Below, piece after piece: positions 50,968 through 64,000 of a stretch of DNA of 64,000 nucleotides. Under the pieces are notes generated by a model, which was not told where the DNA came from, searched no databases, and saw only the letters and a program-made list of their open reading frames with translations. The translations under genes and the position numbers were made by a program. Each line of letters begins with the position of its first letter. Positions within the stretch are counted from its first letter, which is position 1. The stretch lies in assembly GCF_009914755.1 (NCBI RefSeq), contig NC_060926.1; one strand, written 5' to 3'. The DNA comes from the human T2T-CHM13v2.0 reference genome, Homo sapiens.

Positions 50968-51001
50968 TGCAGCGCCACGATTCGGTCAGCAGGTGGCGCG
51001 C
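50968..51001 (+). promoter_or_regulatory. CTCF site (core plus upstream module)
   Basis: TGCAGCGCC-N6-CGGTCAGCAGGTGGCGCGC versus TGCAGTNCC-N5/6-TGGCCACCAGGGGGCGCTA; about 15 CpGs in the surrounding ~150 bp. Confidence 0.75.
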
Positions 51002-52164
51002 GAGCACCGCGTTTAACCAGTTTCTAGGTGCGCGTGCTTTGCTGTCTTTTGTTACCATTTTGTTTGTTGTTTGTTTTGGTTTGGGTCTTTTTGTTTTGCG
51101 TGTGAGTGATGGATTTTTGTGTCTGCCTTGAGCTCTTCCACCCTATGCCTACTCAGCCTTCTTCAACTTGTGATTTTCTCCCTCCCTCTCTCCACCGTGA
51201 GATTAACCAGAATTAGACAGGGCAGCTTAGACAGAGAAAGCAGGTGTGCAGTTTCAGAAAGACCACGTGGCTACAGCCAGCCCAGCTGGCCTTATGTGCC
51301 CCACCGTCCTCCACCAGAGCTCTGGAGCCACTTGTCCTGCCCTGGGCCCAGCAGGCATCACAGCCAGTGGGAGGGGCCACAGGCTGCCCTGGGGTGTGGA
51401 GAAGCACCCCCTAGCTCCCCATCCCATGCACTCTGGTCTATTTCTTCCTACATCCCAGATGGACTCACCCGATTCAAGAGGCCCCCATCACATCAGCTTC
51501 AGCCTTCATCTTGGGAGTCCTTAAATGCAGGACTCAAGAGTCTGCATTTGTTCTTAAGGACAGGAGATTTGCTTTAACTCAGACAATTTCTCCTTATAGA
51601 CTCCTTTCTTCATAGTAGAAAGAGAAGGAGCCCCCAAAGGCACATCCTCCTAGCAGGTGGTTCTGGCCCCTGTTCTGCCAGTCATCTGCATGCAGCCCAG
51701 GCGTGCCACTCAGCCACACTGATTCTCAAGGGCCTCACCAGGAACGTTTTTATCTTTGCCCTATCCTCCAGGATGATGAGAATAAGAGAAAAATAAAGCA
51801 AGTATCGAAATTTCTCCTAGAAAAGTGTTTTTAGTAATTTATACCATTTAATCCTTGGATGGGCTATTTGAGCTAGGATTTCTGTTCTCATTGCCTTTGA
51901 CATTTAATGCCTATGAGACCTTGGGCAACTTCTACCTCGCTGACCTGTAGGTTCAGGTGGAGTTTCTTGCTCAAGTTATGTGCTCCACACCCATAAAATA
52001 TGGATAATAACACAAATTCATTAAGGATGCCATTAATTGAAAAACAAAGTTGGGCTTAGTATTTCTTATGATTAGTATACTGTCTTAATATCTAACCTGA
52101 TCGCCAATCCACACTTGGATAACAAGAAGACCTCTATTTTTTAGTCTTTGTTTTGTTTCTCTTT

Positions 52165-52405
52165 TTATTCTAATTTTATTTTTTAATGGATAAATAATTG
52201 TAAATATTCACAGGATACATAGTGATGTTTCAATACATATAATGTGTAGGGATCAGACAAGGTTAATTAGCTTATCCATCGTCTCCAACATTTATCATTT
52301 CTTTGTGTTGAGAGAACTCATTTTTTATTTTTTCCATTAATTTCTTAAAAATTTACATCTGTGGAGTACAGGTGCAATTTTGTTACATGTACAGGTCGCA
52401 TACAC
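52165..52405 (-). mobile_element. Two abutting L1 3'-end fragments (L1MA-like, then L1PB-like)
   Basis: ataattgtaaatattcacaggatacatagtgatgtttcaatac...atttatcatttctttgtgttg; gtacaggtgcaattttgttacatg. Confidence 0.75.
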
Positions 52406-52609
52406 TTCAGCAAAGACACTTAATCTGGCACTTATCAAATGCCAGATGCTATTCAGTAAAAGGTGTCAGAGATATTTGGTTATTTATCTTAAGGGTGAGA
52501 CTTTTGCACTGCAAAGCAAAGTCTTATCACAAGTAAAAAATTTCTGGCCCAGCAACATGAGTGATTCCAGACCATTCTCACGCTGAGGGGCTTGGCCCAG
52601 CCACTAGGT

Positions 52610-52880
52610 TGGGATCAAGGGGCAGTGTGCAGTCTTGTAGTCAACTGGAAATTGGAAGGAAAAAGTGAGAAGACCTTAGGTTTTGCTTCTGGGTCTGTGC
52701 CATTAACCAGCCGGGTGGTCTTGGGTGATTCACTTCATGCCTTTGTCCACGTTTCTTATTATTAAAGCAGGACTGTCACCTTTCTATGCCCTCTCACAAG
52801 GCTCTCCTGTAGGCCAGATGGAGATAGCGATGGAAAAAGTATTCTGCAACCATAGAGAGCTCTGTAGATGCAGCTGTTAA
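52610..52880 (+). mobile_element. MIR
   Basis: ctgtgccattaaccagccgggtggtcttgggtgattcacttc. Confidence 0.6.
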
Positions 52881-53245
52881 TAAGTGGGTGACTTAATTCT
52901 TCGGACGGTTCACAGAACTCTTCTGTAACCTGCTGCTATGTGAAGCACTGGGCAAGAAACAGGGTAAGAGAGTCAGAGCTGAACAAGACTTACTTTCTTC
53001 TCTAAAGTTGCTAATATAGAGCCCTGCGGTTTGATAAAATGTAAGCCCATTTATTTATTAAGTTTGTATTCCCTAGATATATTTCCACCAAATAGGAAGA
53101 TGATTTCATTTTAAAGCTTTAAAAAGAATATACATAAAATATATGCCCTTGGGCTTTATTTTCCATATAGGACCATTTTACTTACCTTGAAAATCTATTT
53201 CCTCGATGAGCATTGCTGTGAGGTTTTTACTAGCTACCATATAGG

Positions 53246-53618
53246 TGATATGGTTAGGCTTTTTGTCCCCACCCAAATCTCCTCTTGAATTGTAATCCCC
53301 AGGTGCTGAGGGAGGAACCTGGTGGGAGGTGATTGGATCATGGGGGTGGTTTCCCCTATGCTGTTCTCATGATAGTGAGTGAGTTCTCAGGGGATCTGAT
53401 TGTTTATAAGTGTTTGGCAAGTTCCTCCTTCACTCACTCTTCTCTCTCCTGCCACCATGTGAGAAACGTTCTTGCTTCCCCTTTGCCTTCCACCATGACT
53501 GTAAGTTTCCTGAGGCCTCCCCAGCCATGCAGAACTGTGAGTCAATTAAACCTCCTTTGTTTATAAATTACGCAGTTTGGGGTATTTCTTTATAGTAGCG
53601 TGAAATCGGACTAATACA
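53246..53618 (+). mobile_element. THE1D-like solo LTR
   Basis: tgatatggttaggct...gtaagtttcctgaggcctccccagccatgcagaactgtgagtcaattaaacc...gactaataca; TSD atagg/gtagg. Confidence 0.92.
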
Positions 53619-54149
53619 GTAGGTGAATTCTTGCCCACTTTATACCTCAGTCATACTGAACTTAAAAGGGTACTAGGCCCATGAAATCATCTGTGGCCTT
53701 TGAATTCTGGAAACATTCCTAGCTTTCTTCTGAAATCACAGCAGGCTAGTACATTTAAAAATGGGACTACTAACTTTTCTTCATCTCTGCCTGATTATTA
53801 TCCATTGCTTATGTATTTTTCACATATGGGTTATTCATTCTTTGTCCTCCAGAATCATGCCTGATGATTTTGAGAGATTTATCCTATCTGCATGCAAAAT
53901 GTTGCCTATTTTCTCCCAATTTCATTTTAAGTTACCTCTTCTTTCATCTCCATAATAATTATAACCATTTTCCTATTAACAATTTCAAATCTTTCACCTG
54001 CTTATGCCTTATTAAACAAAAGGTTAATATATTTGTGAAAGCTGCAAATCTAAGCACCATGTCACATGTATACCTTGGATGAAGAGCAGCATGGTGGCTG
54101 ACTGTCACTATTGCCTGCACTGCCCAGCAAGTAGGTGAGATTTTCCTCT

Positions 54150-55610
54150 GGGAGATCTTTTTTTCCAGTCTAAGAAAGGTCTAAAATTAAAAGTTTGTGA
54201 ATAGAAAAAAAAATGTACACTCTTGTCCATCTCTATTGCAGTAAGAGTTTTAAATCAAGAATAGATCTGTGATTTTATCAAAGAGTTTTCCTGCTCTTAC
54301 AGAAGGATTACACAGATTTACCTTTGTGTCCACTCAAATGGTAAATTGTATTGGTAGGTTTTCTAATATCAAATCACCTTGCATTTCTGGGAGGAACTCC
54401 ACCTGCCTATGGTGGTTGTCTTTGGATGGGATTGGATTGTATTTGCTAATATATATCAAGAAATTTAATATAATTATTTAAAAGTGCAGGTGACCCACAG
54501 ATTTCTTCTTCTTGCCTCTTCATTGGGTTTCAGTTTTATGTGTTGCTAGCTTTACAAAAGCATTTGGAACTTTTCCTCCCCTTCTCCCTTCTCCCTCTTC
54601 CTCCTGTCTCCTCCTCCTCCTCCTTTTATGTCTCCTGTTCACAGAAACATTTAATATTCAAGTAATCTGTTTCTCAAAGATTTGTTAGAAATCTGTTAAA
54701 CATACAGGGCTTGGTGCTCTTTTGTCAGGAGGAATGTTAGTTCTCTGAGAGCTTCATCTGTTCCATATTAACTGGTCTATTTGGAATATTTTCTCTTTAA
54801 TAGGGTCAGTTTGGGTAATGTACAGTTTTATCTTTTCCAGATCTTTAAATTCTGGAAAATTTATGATTTGATCTTTCTTTTCCTTTCCCCTTACTTCAGT
54901 GGTTACTTCTTTATTGTTAGATAATCTTAATAGTTCATCATTTTTGCTATTGCTGTTATATAATATTCTAAAAGCAACCCTTGGATTTATTTAGTCCTAC
55001 AGTTTTTTGTTCCTTATCAATTAATTTCTGCCTTTATCTTTGTTAATTATTTTGTTCTGCTTTCCTTAATTTTATTTTTTTAGCTTTCTAATTTATTGAG
55101 TTGAATAAAAAAACCTATTGCCATTTATACTTGCTAATCACTTAATGTTTTGCATGTAAGTATTGAGACTTTGATTTACTCTTTGACCAAAGTGGTGTTA
55201 ATGGAAGAGCCTTAAATTTCCTCATGAAAATCTTTTCAAATTAATTTTACTTGCTAATTTTGTTTTTGAAAATTTTTCAAAGTACTGTAGATAGCATTGC
55301 TACTCTTTGGTTATTTAGTGAGGTTTTTCTTATGGCCTAATAAAAGGTCAGTTTTTTAAATTGTGGCATGAACACCTGAATATGTACATTTTCTGTTTTC
55401 ATGATGAAGAATTAGACATACGTTAATTATATTCACCCTAGTAATTATGTAACTTACGTCTTCTATATTGAGACATATTTTTTTGTCTATTTCTATTTTT
55501 TATGAAACCAGAGTGGTAAATTATTATTCCACCACTGGTGTTTTTCTATTTATCCGTATGCTATCTTTAATTTTTGTCTGTAAATGTTCATTCAAGGTAT
55601 TTGGAGCGTA
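54150..55610 (-). mobile_element. Highly decayed L1M ORF2 fragment
   Basis: ccttgcatttctggg...gtatttgctaatat...tcaattaatttctgcctttatcttt; T-rich. Confidence 0.65.
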
Positions 55611-55611
55611 A

Positions 55612-56150
55612 AGCTTAGGTGTGGTCTGGCTTAATGGAAACCCTGGCTCTCCCACCTGTGAAGAGTTGGCTTCCAGGAGTTATTGCATTAGCTGAGCTTC
55701 CATGTACTTATCTGGAAAATGGGATAATGATCCTTTTTTTTTTTTTTTTTTTTTTTTAGAGTGAGTTTCACTCTTGTCATCCAGACTGGAGGGCAATGGT
55801 GCAATCTCAACTCCCTACAACCTCTGCCTCCCAGGTTCAAGGGAGTCTCCTCTCTCAGCCTCCTGAGTAGTTGGGATTACAGGTGCGCACCACCACGCCC
55901 TGCTAATTTTTATATTTTTAGTAGAGACAGGGTTTCATCATGTTGGCCAGGCTCGTCTCAAACTCCTGACCTCAAGTGACCTGCCTGCCTCGACCTTCCA
56001 AAGTGCTGGGATTACAGGCATGAGCCACCGCGCCCGGCTGGGATAATGATTCTTATGTTGTAGAATCAAGATGAAGTTTAAGAATAATGCTTGTAAAACA
56101 CCAGGTCCATAGTAGATGCTAATAAAATGCACTGTTTTTAATTGTTGTCA
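55612..56150 (+). mobile_element. MIR split by an Alu
   Basis: tctggaaaatgggataatga, then Alu, then tgttgtagaatcaagatga...atagtagatgctaataaa. Confidence 0.7.
55736..56039 (-). mobile_element. AluS, full length
   Basis: Long poly(T); TSD gggataatgatcctt/gggataatgattctt. Confidence 0.95.
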
Positions 56151-56299
56151 TTATTCTTACACTCATTCTCTGTTAGCCAACATAATGGCTATGTTCATGA
56201 AGGGGTAGTGTGAAGCACACTTTCCTAATGGTTTCTCTATCTCTTTGGGAGTTATGCATGTAAATACTTCTACCCACACTGCTCCGACTGTCGCTCACA

Positions 56300-56490
56300 T
56301 TATTTTAATTGTTTCTGCCCCTCATGCTGCTGCTAGTTCTTACGCTATTTTTATTCCTATTTCTATTTCTGCTTCTGTTATTGTTCTGCAGTAATTCTAC
56401 TTTTGCTCTTTTGCTTCTATTTCTATTGTTGACATGCCTTCTAAGAAGGCTTCTCCTGCTGTTGTTTCTATATTTACATTACCACTGCAA
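56300..56490. repeat. Degenerate triplet-periodic low-complexity tract
   Basis: gct/att/tct/gtt triplets; gives rise to the Leu-rich spurious ORF 56309-56500. Confidence 0.7.
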
Positions 56491-56841
56491 ACACTGTTAG
56501 TGTCTTACTTTGATCTATGAGTACTTGAGTAGACAAGATCATGGGGCTGGAAGGTTAGGCTGTCATCCTAGTTTTGCTAGAGGGAGCCACTCTGGCACCC
56601 TCTCTGCGCATGCTTCCTCGTCTGACAGATGAGAGCCTCACTGCTCTAGGAGTTCCCTCGCAGAATTGCCATAAGATTCAAATGATGTTATGTTTGCAGA
56701 TGCTCTGCAGAGATGCCGAGGGCCCTGGAAGCTGCTTTTATTTTTTTTCAAGTTCAGTAGATCATTTGGGTCCCAGAGAGGGCTTCAAGGATTATAAAGT
56801 CTTGGTTTCTTCTCTCTTTATTTCATAATGGGCCTGGCCTT

Positions 56842-56906
56842 GTGAATGTGTGTGTGTGAGTGTGTATGCATGAGTGAGTGTGTGTGTGTGTGTGTCAGAG
56901 AGAGAC
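56842..56906. repeat. (TG)n(AG)n compound microsatellite
   Basis: Direct reading. Confidence 0.9.
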
Positions 56907-57429
56907 AAAGGGATGAAAAGAGAGAGAATTTAGTGCCTCAATTTCTGCCTCTAGTCTAAGATCAGATGCCATTTCTGCAGAGAGACAACTATGCGGGGCT
57001 GGAAGTTTTGGAGCTGAATTGGTTCCTGGATGCTGTTCCTGGAGGGGAAAGTAGGTACGGAGAGGCCAAAATGTTAGCGCCACTCCTTTATAGAATATTG
57101 CATTTCAAATTTCCAGTGTTATATCTTAGCTAAAAATATGTGTCCATAGATACAATAATCTAGGTTAGGTTCCAAGATTTGTTATCTCTCAAGTGAGGCC
57201 AAGAAGATGGCTTCTGCCCAGGATTCCAGGAGAGTGGGACTGCACACAGCACATAACTTACTTTGCAAGGAGGGATTGCTTGTGGTTTTCGTTAGCTCTG
57301 GAGCTTCGGAAGTCACTGTCAAGCTAGCTACTTCCCAGGAAAATATGCACTTAAAAGGTCTCCTGGGCCATCCAAATTGTGGGACAAAAATTACCTGTGT
57401 GCCCTTCTTTAGCCAACTAGGGGCCAGAA

Positions 57430-57630
57430 GTGATGTTATAGACAAGCTAGGGCCTTTCAGTCCTGGTGTGACTTCAGTCCTGGTGGCTGACTTGGGTGCT
57501 TTGACCAAAACAGGCCCTGTCCAAGCTTCCATTTTCTGGTGTTTGTGTGGTGTTAAGTAATATCGTGCATGTAAAAATGTTTGAAACTGAATGTGCATAG
57601 TAAGCGTTCAAGCAATGTTAGTGTTTATTA
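57430..57630 (+). mobile_element. MIR
   Basis: ctgacttggg...gcatgtaaaaatgtttgaaac...catagtaagcgttcaagcaatgttag. Confidence 0.6.
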
Positions 57631-58337
57631 CCAGTGCAGAATACCAGGTTTGAAAAGAACCTGACCAAGCTCTTGGCACATTTTGGGTGTTTTAGAAATA
57701 TTACCACATTCCCTTAGATGTTCCGTCATAAGAAACAAAACACAGGATTGAGCATTAGAACAAAAGAGGGTGTGTATGATGCTGACAACAACCAACTGGA
57801 ATAGTAGAATTTTGGAGGAGTAATTAGGAGAGAGTTGGGCTGCCTTAATTTCATTCAAACACTCAAATGTGTGCAGGTACATGAACACACATGAACAGAA
57901 CACAGCCCCATAATATGTAATATTATCTAAGAGTAAGTTGTTTAGCTGGCTTCCGTGCATTGCTGGGCCTTGGAAGCTCTTTATCTGGAGCAGGGGTCCA
58001 GTAAGGGTGACACTTGCTCCCAGCTACAATGTGTCCAGTCAAGCGAAGGGACCAAGTCAGCACATTTCAGAGAAGCCAGCTTAGACAGTCAGGTGGATTG
58101 TTTTAAGCTGTCAGTAGTTGGAAGGACTGGGACCCAGTGGGCAGGGAAGCAAGGTGAGCTGAAGGGAGTTGTCTGAAGTGGCAGATGAGGAAGCAGCCTA
58201 GAGAAATTGCCTGATCTCAGGTGTATATATCTAACCCTGGTTTCCATTGAGAGCTCAAGCACTGTGCTGGGGTGGGGCAGGGGTTCCTGGAAAATGAACT
58301 GCCTCATGAGCAGTGTGGACTGAGGCCAGAAGGCCAC

Positions 58338-58693
58338 TGATATGGTGTGGCTCTGTGTCCCCATCCAAATATCATCTTGAATTGTCATCCCCATGTGTTG
58401 AGGGAGGAAGCTGATTGGATCAGGAAGGCGGATTTCCCCTTTGCTGTTTTCATGATAGTGAGTGAGTTCTTACAAGATCTGATGGTTTTATAAGGGGTTC
58501 TTCCCTCTTCGCTCAGCACTTCTCTTTCCTGCTGCCTTGTGAAGAAGGTGCCTGCTTCTGCTTAGCCTTCCACCATGATTGTAAGTTTCCTGAGGCCTCT
58601 CCAGCCATGCAGAACTGTGAGTCAATTAAACTTCTTTCCTTTATAATTACCAAGTCTCAGTTATTTACAGCAGTGAGAGAATGGACTAATACA
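58338..58693 (+). mobile_element. THE1C/D-like solo LTR
   Basis: tgatatggtgtggctctgtgtcccc...gatctgatggttttataagggg...ggactaataca; TSD gccac/gacac. Confidence 0.92.
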
Positions 58694-58984
58694 GACACAC
58701 AAATCTGAGTGGGGGAAGGAGCCAAGACCCACTAGAGGAGCTGCCTGTGTGGTGGGAGGAGGACCCTGCTGGAAGCCGTGTCCAGTTTGGAGCAACTGAG
58801 CTGTCCACAACACCATATGAAAAGACAATAAGAGGCTCTGACATGGCTTCAGACTGTGTGCACCTCCACCCCTGGGCAGGAGCTCTCAAGGCCAGGAAGG
58901 GACATCTCCAGGTGATTAATCAGGAACTGGGGTTCTGATTCATGAGAGGTCCTCAGTGCAGGGAGACCAGAGGCAATGGGATCA

Positions 58985-59560
<576 letters not shown>

Positions 59561-59952
59561 CTGGGCCTGAGTGTCCTATATTGATCTAGGCTTTTGGAGG
59601 TGAGCAATGGGTTACTTCCTTTCCGAAGGTCACTTACGGTAGCTGTGTTTGTTCAAACGTTGCCCACGGGCAGCCCGGTGCTGTGTGAATGTGTTTGCAC
59701 ACACAGAAGCAGATGTGTGTCTGCGAATGTGTGATATTTATTTGTGCGTGCACCTGATTTGACATAGGGCAAGCAGCAATGGTTCTCATGGAACTTATCC
59801 AAACACCTAGTGAGGATGAGGGGCTGTTTTGTAATGCATGTGACTGAGCGGGGTCAGCTTCTGTTGTATGATGGTGCATAATTCTTTTTCATTAAGCGAT
59901 GGAAACATCTGTTCCCTTCAGCCTGTTTAAAGGTTTTACTTTATTAGATATT

Positions 59953-60011
59953 GGTTAATGATCACAAAGTCATTTGCCTTTAAAAACAGGTGCTCCTCTC
60001 TGCATATAAAG
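59953..60011 (+). promoter_or_regulatory. Candidate HNF1 site plus TATA box module
   Basis: GGTTAATGATCAC at 59953-59965, overlapping CAAAGTCA, and TATAAAG at 60005-60011, in unique sequence. Confidence 0.4.
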
Positions 60012-62439
60012 CTGGTGTCTGAGGCTAGTGGGAGAATAAATGACCCTGTAAGCAAAGTGTGGGCATCCCCCAAAGAAGCCCTAAAGCACCCTGGAGGCGG
60101 CAGAGCATCCAGCTGAGATCCCTTGGCTTGCCCTATCTTTATACTAGTCCTGTCTACGCAAGATTATTATCATTGTTGATGTGGGTAGGGATGTGGGGAA
60201 TGTACTTACTTCCATCATTGTGGAATGTCCCATTTGGACACGTAAAAGCATTCACAGTGGAGTTAGTCTAGTGACGGTTTATGGTTGCTCTGATCTTCCT
60301 TTTGCCAATAGAATAGACAGCCTGCCCTAGGATGCTGAGAAAAACAGTGAACTTTCATGGTTGCTTGCCTGATCCTCTCAGAATGGTGGACCCTGACTTT
60401 GCACGAGCCAGGCATTAGAAGGAGTCTTGTAGCCAAATTGCAACCACCACCAGCAACCACAAACTACCAGGCTGTAGAATATGACTTTAAAATAAAATGA
60501 TCTATGCAACACCTGCGAGGTTGTCCTAGAGATGCTGCAGCTGTTGGCTGTGAACGTGGCTTACTCCATGTACAGGTGAATGTCAGAGATTTTACAGGAA
60601 GTCTAGGAGAAAAATTTCAGAAGTCATGATTCTTTGATCTTGTTTCATTTTAATTCTATAAACCATTCATGTTCTCCTACTATGTGCAGAGTGTGCTGAG
60701 GGACACATGATGGCTGGAAGCCATCCTTCCTTTGATGAGTTTAAAAAATATTTTTGAGCACCTAATCAAAAATTCAATTTATATCTCCATGACTGGTAAC
60801 AGCCACATTCTTTCTACAACAGTGTTATGTCATAAGCAGGAAGTTCAATTTATTGCTGTCAGTGTGTCCAGAAGCAAATGGATTGGGTGAGGTAGCCTAT
60901 TCTTCAAATGAGGACCATGTCGCTCTCTTGTCCATTGGTCCTTAATCTAGACTGTGCATTAGAGTCTAGGAGCTTCTAAGCATATCAAGGACAACGCCAT
61001 GCCCCAGAGAATAGGTCGGAAACTTTGGGCTCAGACCTTGACAACAGGATTGTCTTTTCATCTCCTGATCATATCAACATGCAGTGACTTTCAAGAGCCA
61101 GAGTTCCAGTTCTTAGAACAAACAACAGTGTGCCACAGTGGAGAAGCCAAGTTTACTCCATTCTGAAGCAGCCAAGGTGCTTATCTTTCAAAAGCTTGGT
61201 TTGGCCATAGAGGATTACTTTGAGATCTTTAACACCTAACAATAAAAAATTCCTTAAACTTGAGAGATAGAGAGGACATAACATGTACAATGTCAAACAT
61301 CCATTTATTCAACTGCCATTGGCAAGGGCATACTCCATGCTGCAACTTGTGCTGGATGCAGTGAGACATGAGGATGAGCTAGCTAACCTCTAGTTAAGAA
61401 AGTTGTAATCCAGTGAGTGAGAGGACCAAGTAAATGGATGACTCCAATCCCGTGTCATTGAGGGAAACCCATTTTATCGCAAACTGACCTAAGTAAAAAT
61501 CGCTGTCCATCTTAACCCCATCAGATGGACACAGAACCCCTGCTGCAGGCCATGATGCAGGCAATGAGTCCAACCACTCACCTGACAGCTCAGCTCTTTC
61601 TACCTGAATAGTAGATGACTGGCTGTGTTCTTTGGTCCTGAGATGTGTTTCAGACCCATTCTGTGTGAAAATCCATACCTCTGGCCTAGTGCTCTGTACT
61701 TGTGCATTCCTATAAAAGTCCATGATTCTGTGTAGTAGATGTTATCATACATTTATACATTTATTTCATGGATAAGAAAATGTGGGTTGATTAGTTATTT
61801 TTCCCTTCTGGGATATCAGCCTTTTGCACAGTTTTGCTTTAGCGGGAGAGACCTCCCCTTCCATCTGTGACAGTGGAACTCTGGCAACTACACTTCACTT
61901 CAGCCTCCTTATTTGAAAAGAGAGGAAGAATCATGTAAGGAACTAAGTCCAGGCCCCTAAAACAGCATTAGTGGAATGAGCCACACAAAGAGAGCTGGGA
62001 TGCAGAAGAGCGGCCTAAAGCTCTGTTCTGGCATGTGGGTGGGGCCTTCCTCTTGTCTGGTTAGACTCCACCCAGGTAACTGATGCGTTGGCGGTCATCA
62101 AGTCTCCCCCACCCTGAAATACGCCAATAATCCTTGTTTCCCCCTAACACTCCATTTTTATTCTCCCAAATCCAGATATTTATACAGTAATTTTAAAGTC
62201 TCAGGTTCTGTAAAATTCCTTTATACTTAAAAAAATTAGAGTCTGTATATTTACTGTGATCAATGCATCTTTATTCCATCCATGAATAGCTGACCTAGAA
62301 AAGTTTTAAAAATCTTCACTTTTGGCTCATAGGACCACATTGCGGAACTTGAGAACTTACGCTACATATTCGACACATCATTAATTTTCTTTTGAAGTAG
62401 AGGTGGTGCTACTGGGTTGCCTTCAAGAGAAAAATTTGC

Positions 62440-62600
62440 ATAAAGACTACGGGTGTTTATGAAAAGGTTGAGTTCTACTTTCTGCTCTCTGTCAAAGTAA
62501 TTGTGTGAGCTTGGGCAAGCTGTGTGGTTGGACTCTCAAGGCCTTAATTTTCTCACATGTAAAATGAGAAACTGGTGTTTCATTTGAGGTCCAATTTGAG
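62440..62600 (+). mobile_element. MIR
   Basis: tgtgtgagcttgggcaag...gccttaattttctcacatgtaaaatgaga. Confidence 0.65.
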
Positions 62601-63227
62601 TTTTTGAGCTCTATACAGGATATCATGTGAGACCACAAAGAACATCCGAGTATCAGTTAATGAGAGTGGAAACACCAGTGATTAAATGATTCACCTAGAA
62701 AGCTATAAGGAAGGTCTGGGGGATCACAGCTATCTCTTAAAACAGCCCCGTACCCCTGCTGAGGGGCACACCAAGGCTGTGTCTGTCGGAGCAGAATGCT
62801 CAACCCTCCTTCCCCTCCGGCTCCCAGACAGCACTTGAGGATTAAACGTGGAAGTTCCCGTGAGGAGGCTGGCTCAGAGCAGGCACCCACACATGCCACT
62901 GCCACCTCCCAGCCCTGCTTTCACACAGACCACGGTGGCGGGGCCCTCTGAGGACTGGATGTTCATGATGGCATTGCACATAGCACTATCCTTTGTGTCC
63001 AGGTGACAGGTTCAGGAGAGTCAGCTTCCCGACAGGGCGGTAGGTGGCAGGTAGTTATATTGTTTAGTAGCTAAGGAATAGTTAGGTGTATGTTGGCTTT
63101 AAGAAAAATAAACACAGGAGCAGTTGGGTCCCTTCTGTTTTGCTTTTCTGGCTGGCTGCTTCCTGCTTCATAAATCTGGGGAGGGAGGCGAAGGAGGCAG
63201 TGAGCTGCTTCCCTGAGCCCCAAGCCT

Positions 63228-63267
63228 GTGTGTGTGTGCATTTGTGTGCATGTGTGTGTGTGTGTGT
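63228..63267. repeat. (TG)n repeat
   Basis: Direct reading. Confidence 0.85.
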
Positions 63268-64000
63268 TGGGGGGAGTCAGCCGCAGCACCTCTCTGGACC
63301 AGCTGCTGCGTCCATCTGCAGCTGGGGCCGGCTCAGTGGTCTATGGCCGCAGTGCTGCACTGGAGGGGCTTTTTTGCTGCTCCGTGGCAGCTGGTGTGAA
63401 TGGGAGTGGAAAAATAAACTCTCCTCTTCCCCAACATCAGGAAAAATGCTCCCAAAGACAATCTCAACTCTTCCATCCTGGGTTACGATTCTCGGGCCTA
63501 TGATGTGAGCCCCTGTGGCTGGGACTTTCAGTCTTGAAGACCTGCCTTTTTCATCTAAGAGCGGATTGAATCCCCCAGGATATATCTTAAGATTGGCATT
63601 CCGGCTCCCAGCTTCCAGAGGATTTAGGAGTCCCTTGAGAAAGGTTGGTCTTGAATTAAGAGGAAAAACACCTTCATTTTCATTTACTTTGGATTTTAAT
63701 TTCAGAAACATTCTTTGAAATGACTGATCACAAACAGCTATTGCATTAGCCATTGATTGCACTGCGTTTTACTGGCCCAGCTTGGCCACCCAGAGGCCTG
63801 GAAATGGTCCGCGAGTCTGTGCAGCCACTACTAAGTCCGAAGTCAGGCCCAGCACACAGCAGGCCCCACTGAACCATGTGGAAACACCTCTTTGTGAAAA
63901 TGGCTTTACTCCCCTCTGGAATTCCGATGGTCCAGTTCAACAGCACAGAGACCTTGATAGGAGCTTAACTAAAGAGCCAGATCAGACATTGCCATTTCCT

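Noticed and set aside
57182-57598. Overlapping 117-aa plus-strand ORF (good Kozak context) and 138-aa minus-strand ORF
   Set aside because: No recognisable homology and the right-hand third is MIR-derived; only Ribo-seq or PhyloCSF support would rescue it.
63086-63762. 140-aa and 161-aa ORFs
   Set aside because: One crosses a TG microsatellite, and neither resembles a protein I recognise.

Overview
Primate (most likely human) non-coding genomic DNA. I find no supportable protein-coding exon, RNA gene or CRISPR array, and I cannot name the locus. The ORF track is explained by transposon remnants, simple repeats and chance. Much of the window is recognisable interspersed repeat: 8 Alus, 4 THE1 LTRs, several MST/MLT1/MLT2 LTRs, an LTR18, a deleted MER31-type ERV1 provirus, two inverted MER50 LTRs, L1 pieces (one inverted), L2/MIR fossils, a CR1/L3 reverse-transcriptase fossil, and DNA transposons (MER5, MER58A/B, MER30, half MADE1). 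Repeat families were recognised by eye from remembered consensus sequences, so subfamily labels and the boundaries of old repeats are approximate. Target-site duplications (TSDs) and motifs were read directly from the sequence. The most notable region is a CpG-richer segment at about 42.8-51.1 kb. It holds a Z-DNA-prone tract, a duplicated GC box, the inverted MER50 pair (one with a tRNA-His primer-binding site that now reads as an AP-1 site) and an extended CTCF motif in a CpG microcluster. An HNF1-plus-TATA promoter-like module lies at about 60 kb. I found no convincing new biological system; the findings are candidate regulatory elements and transposon rearrangements.
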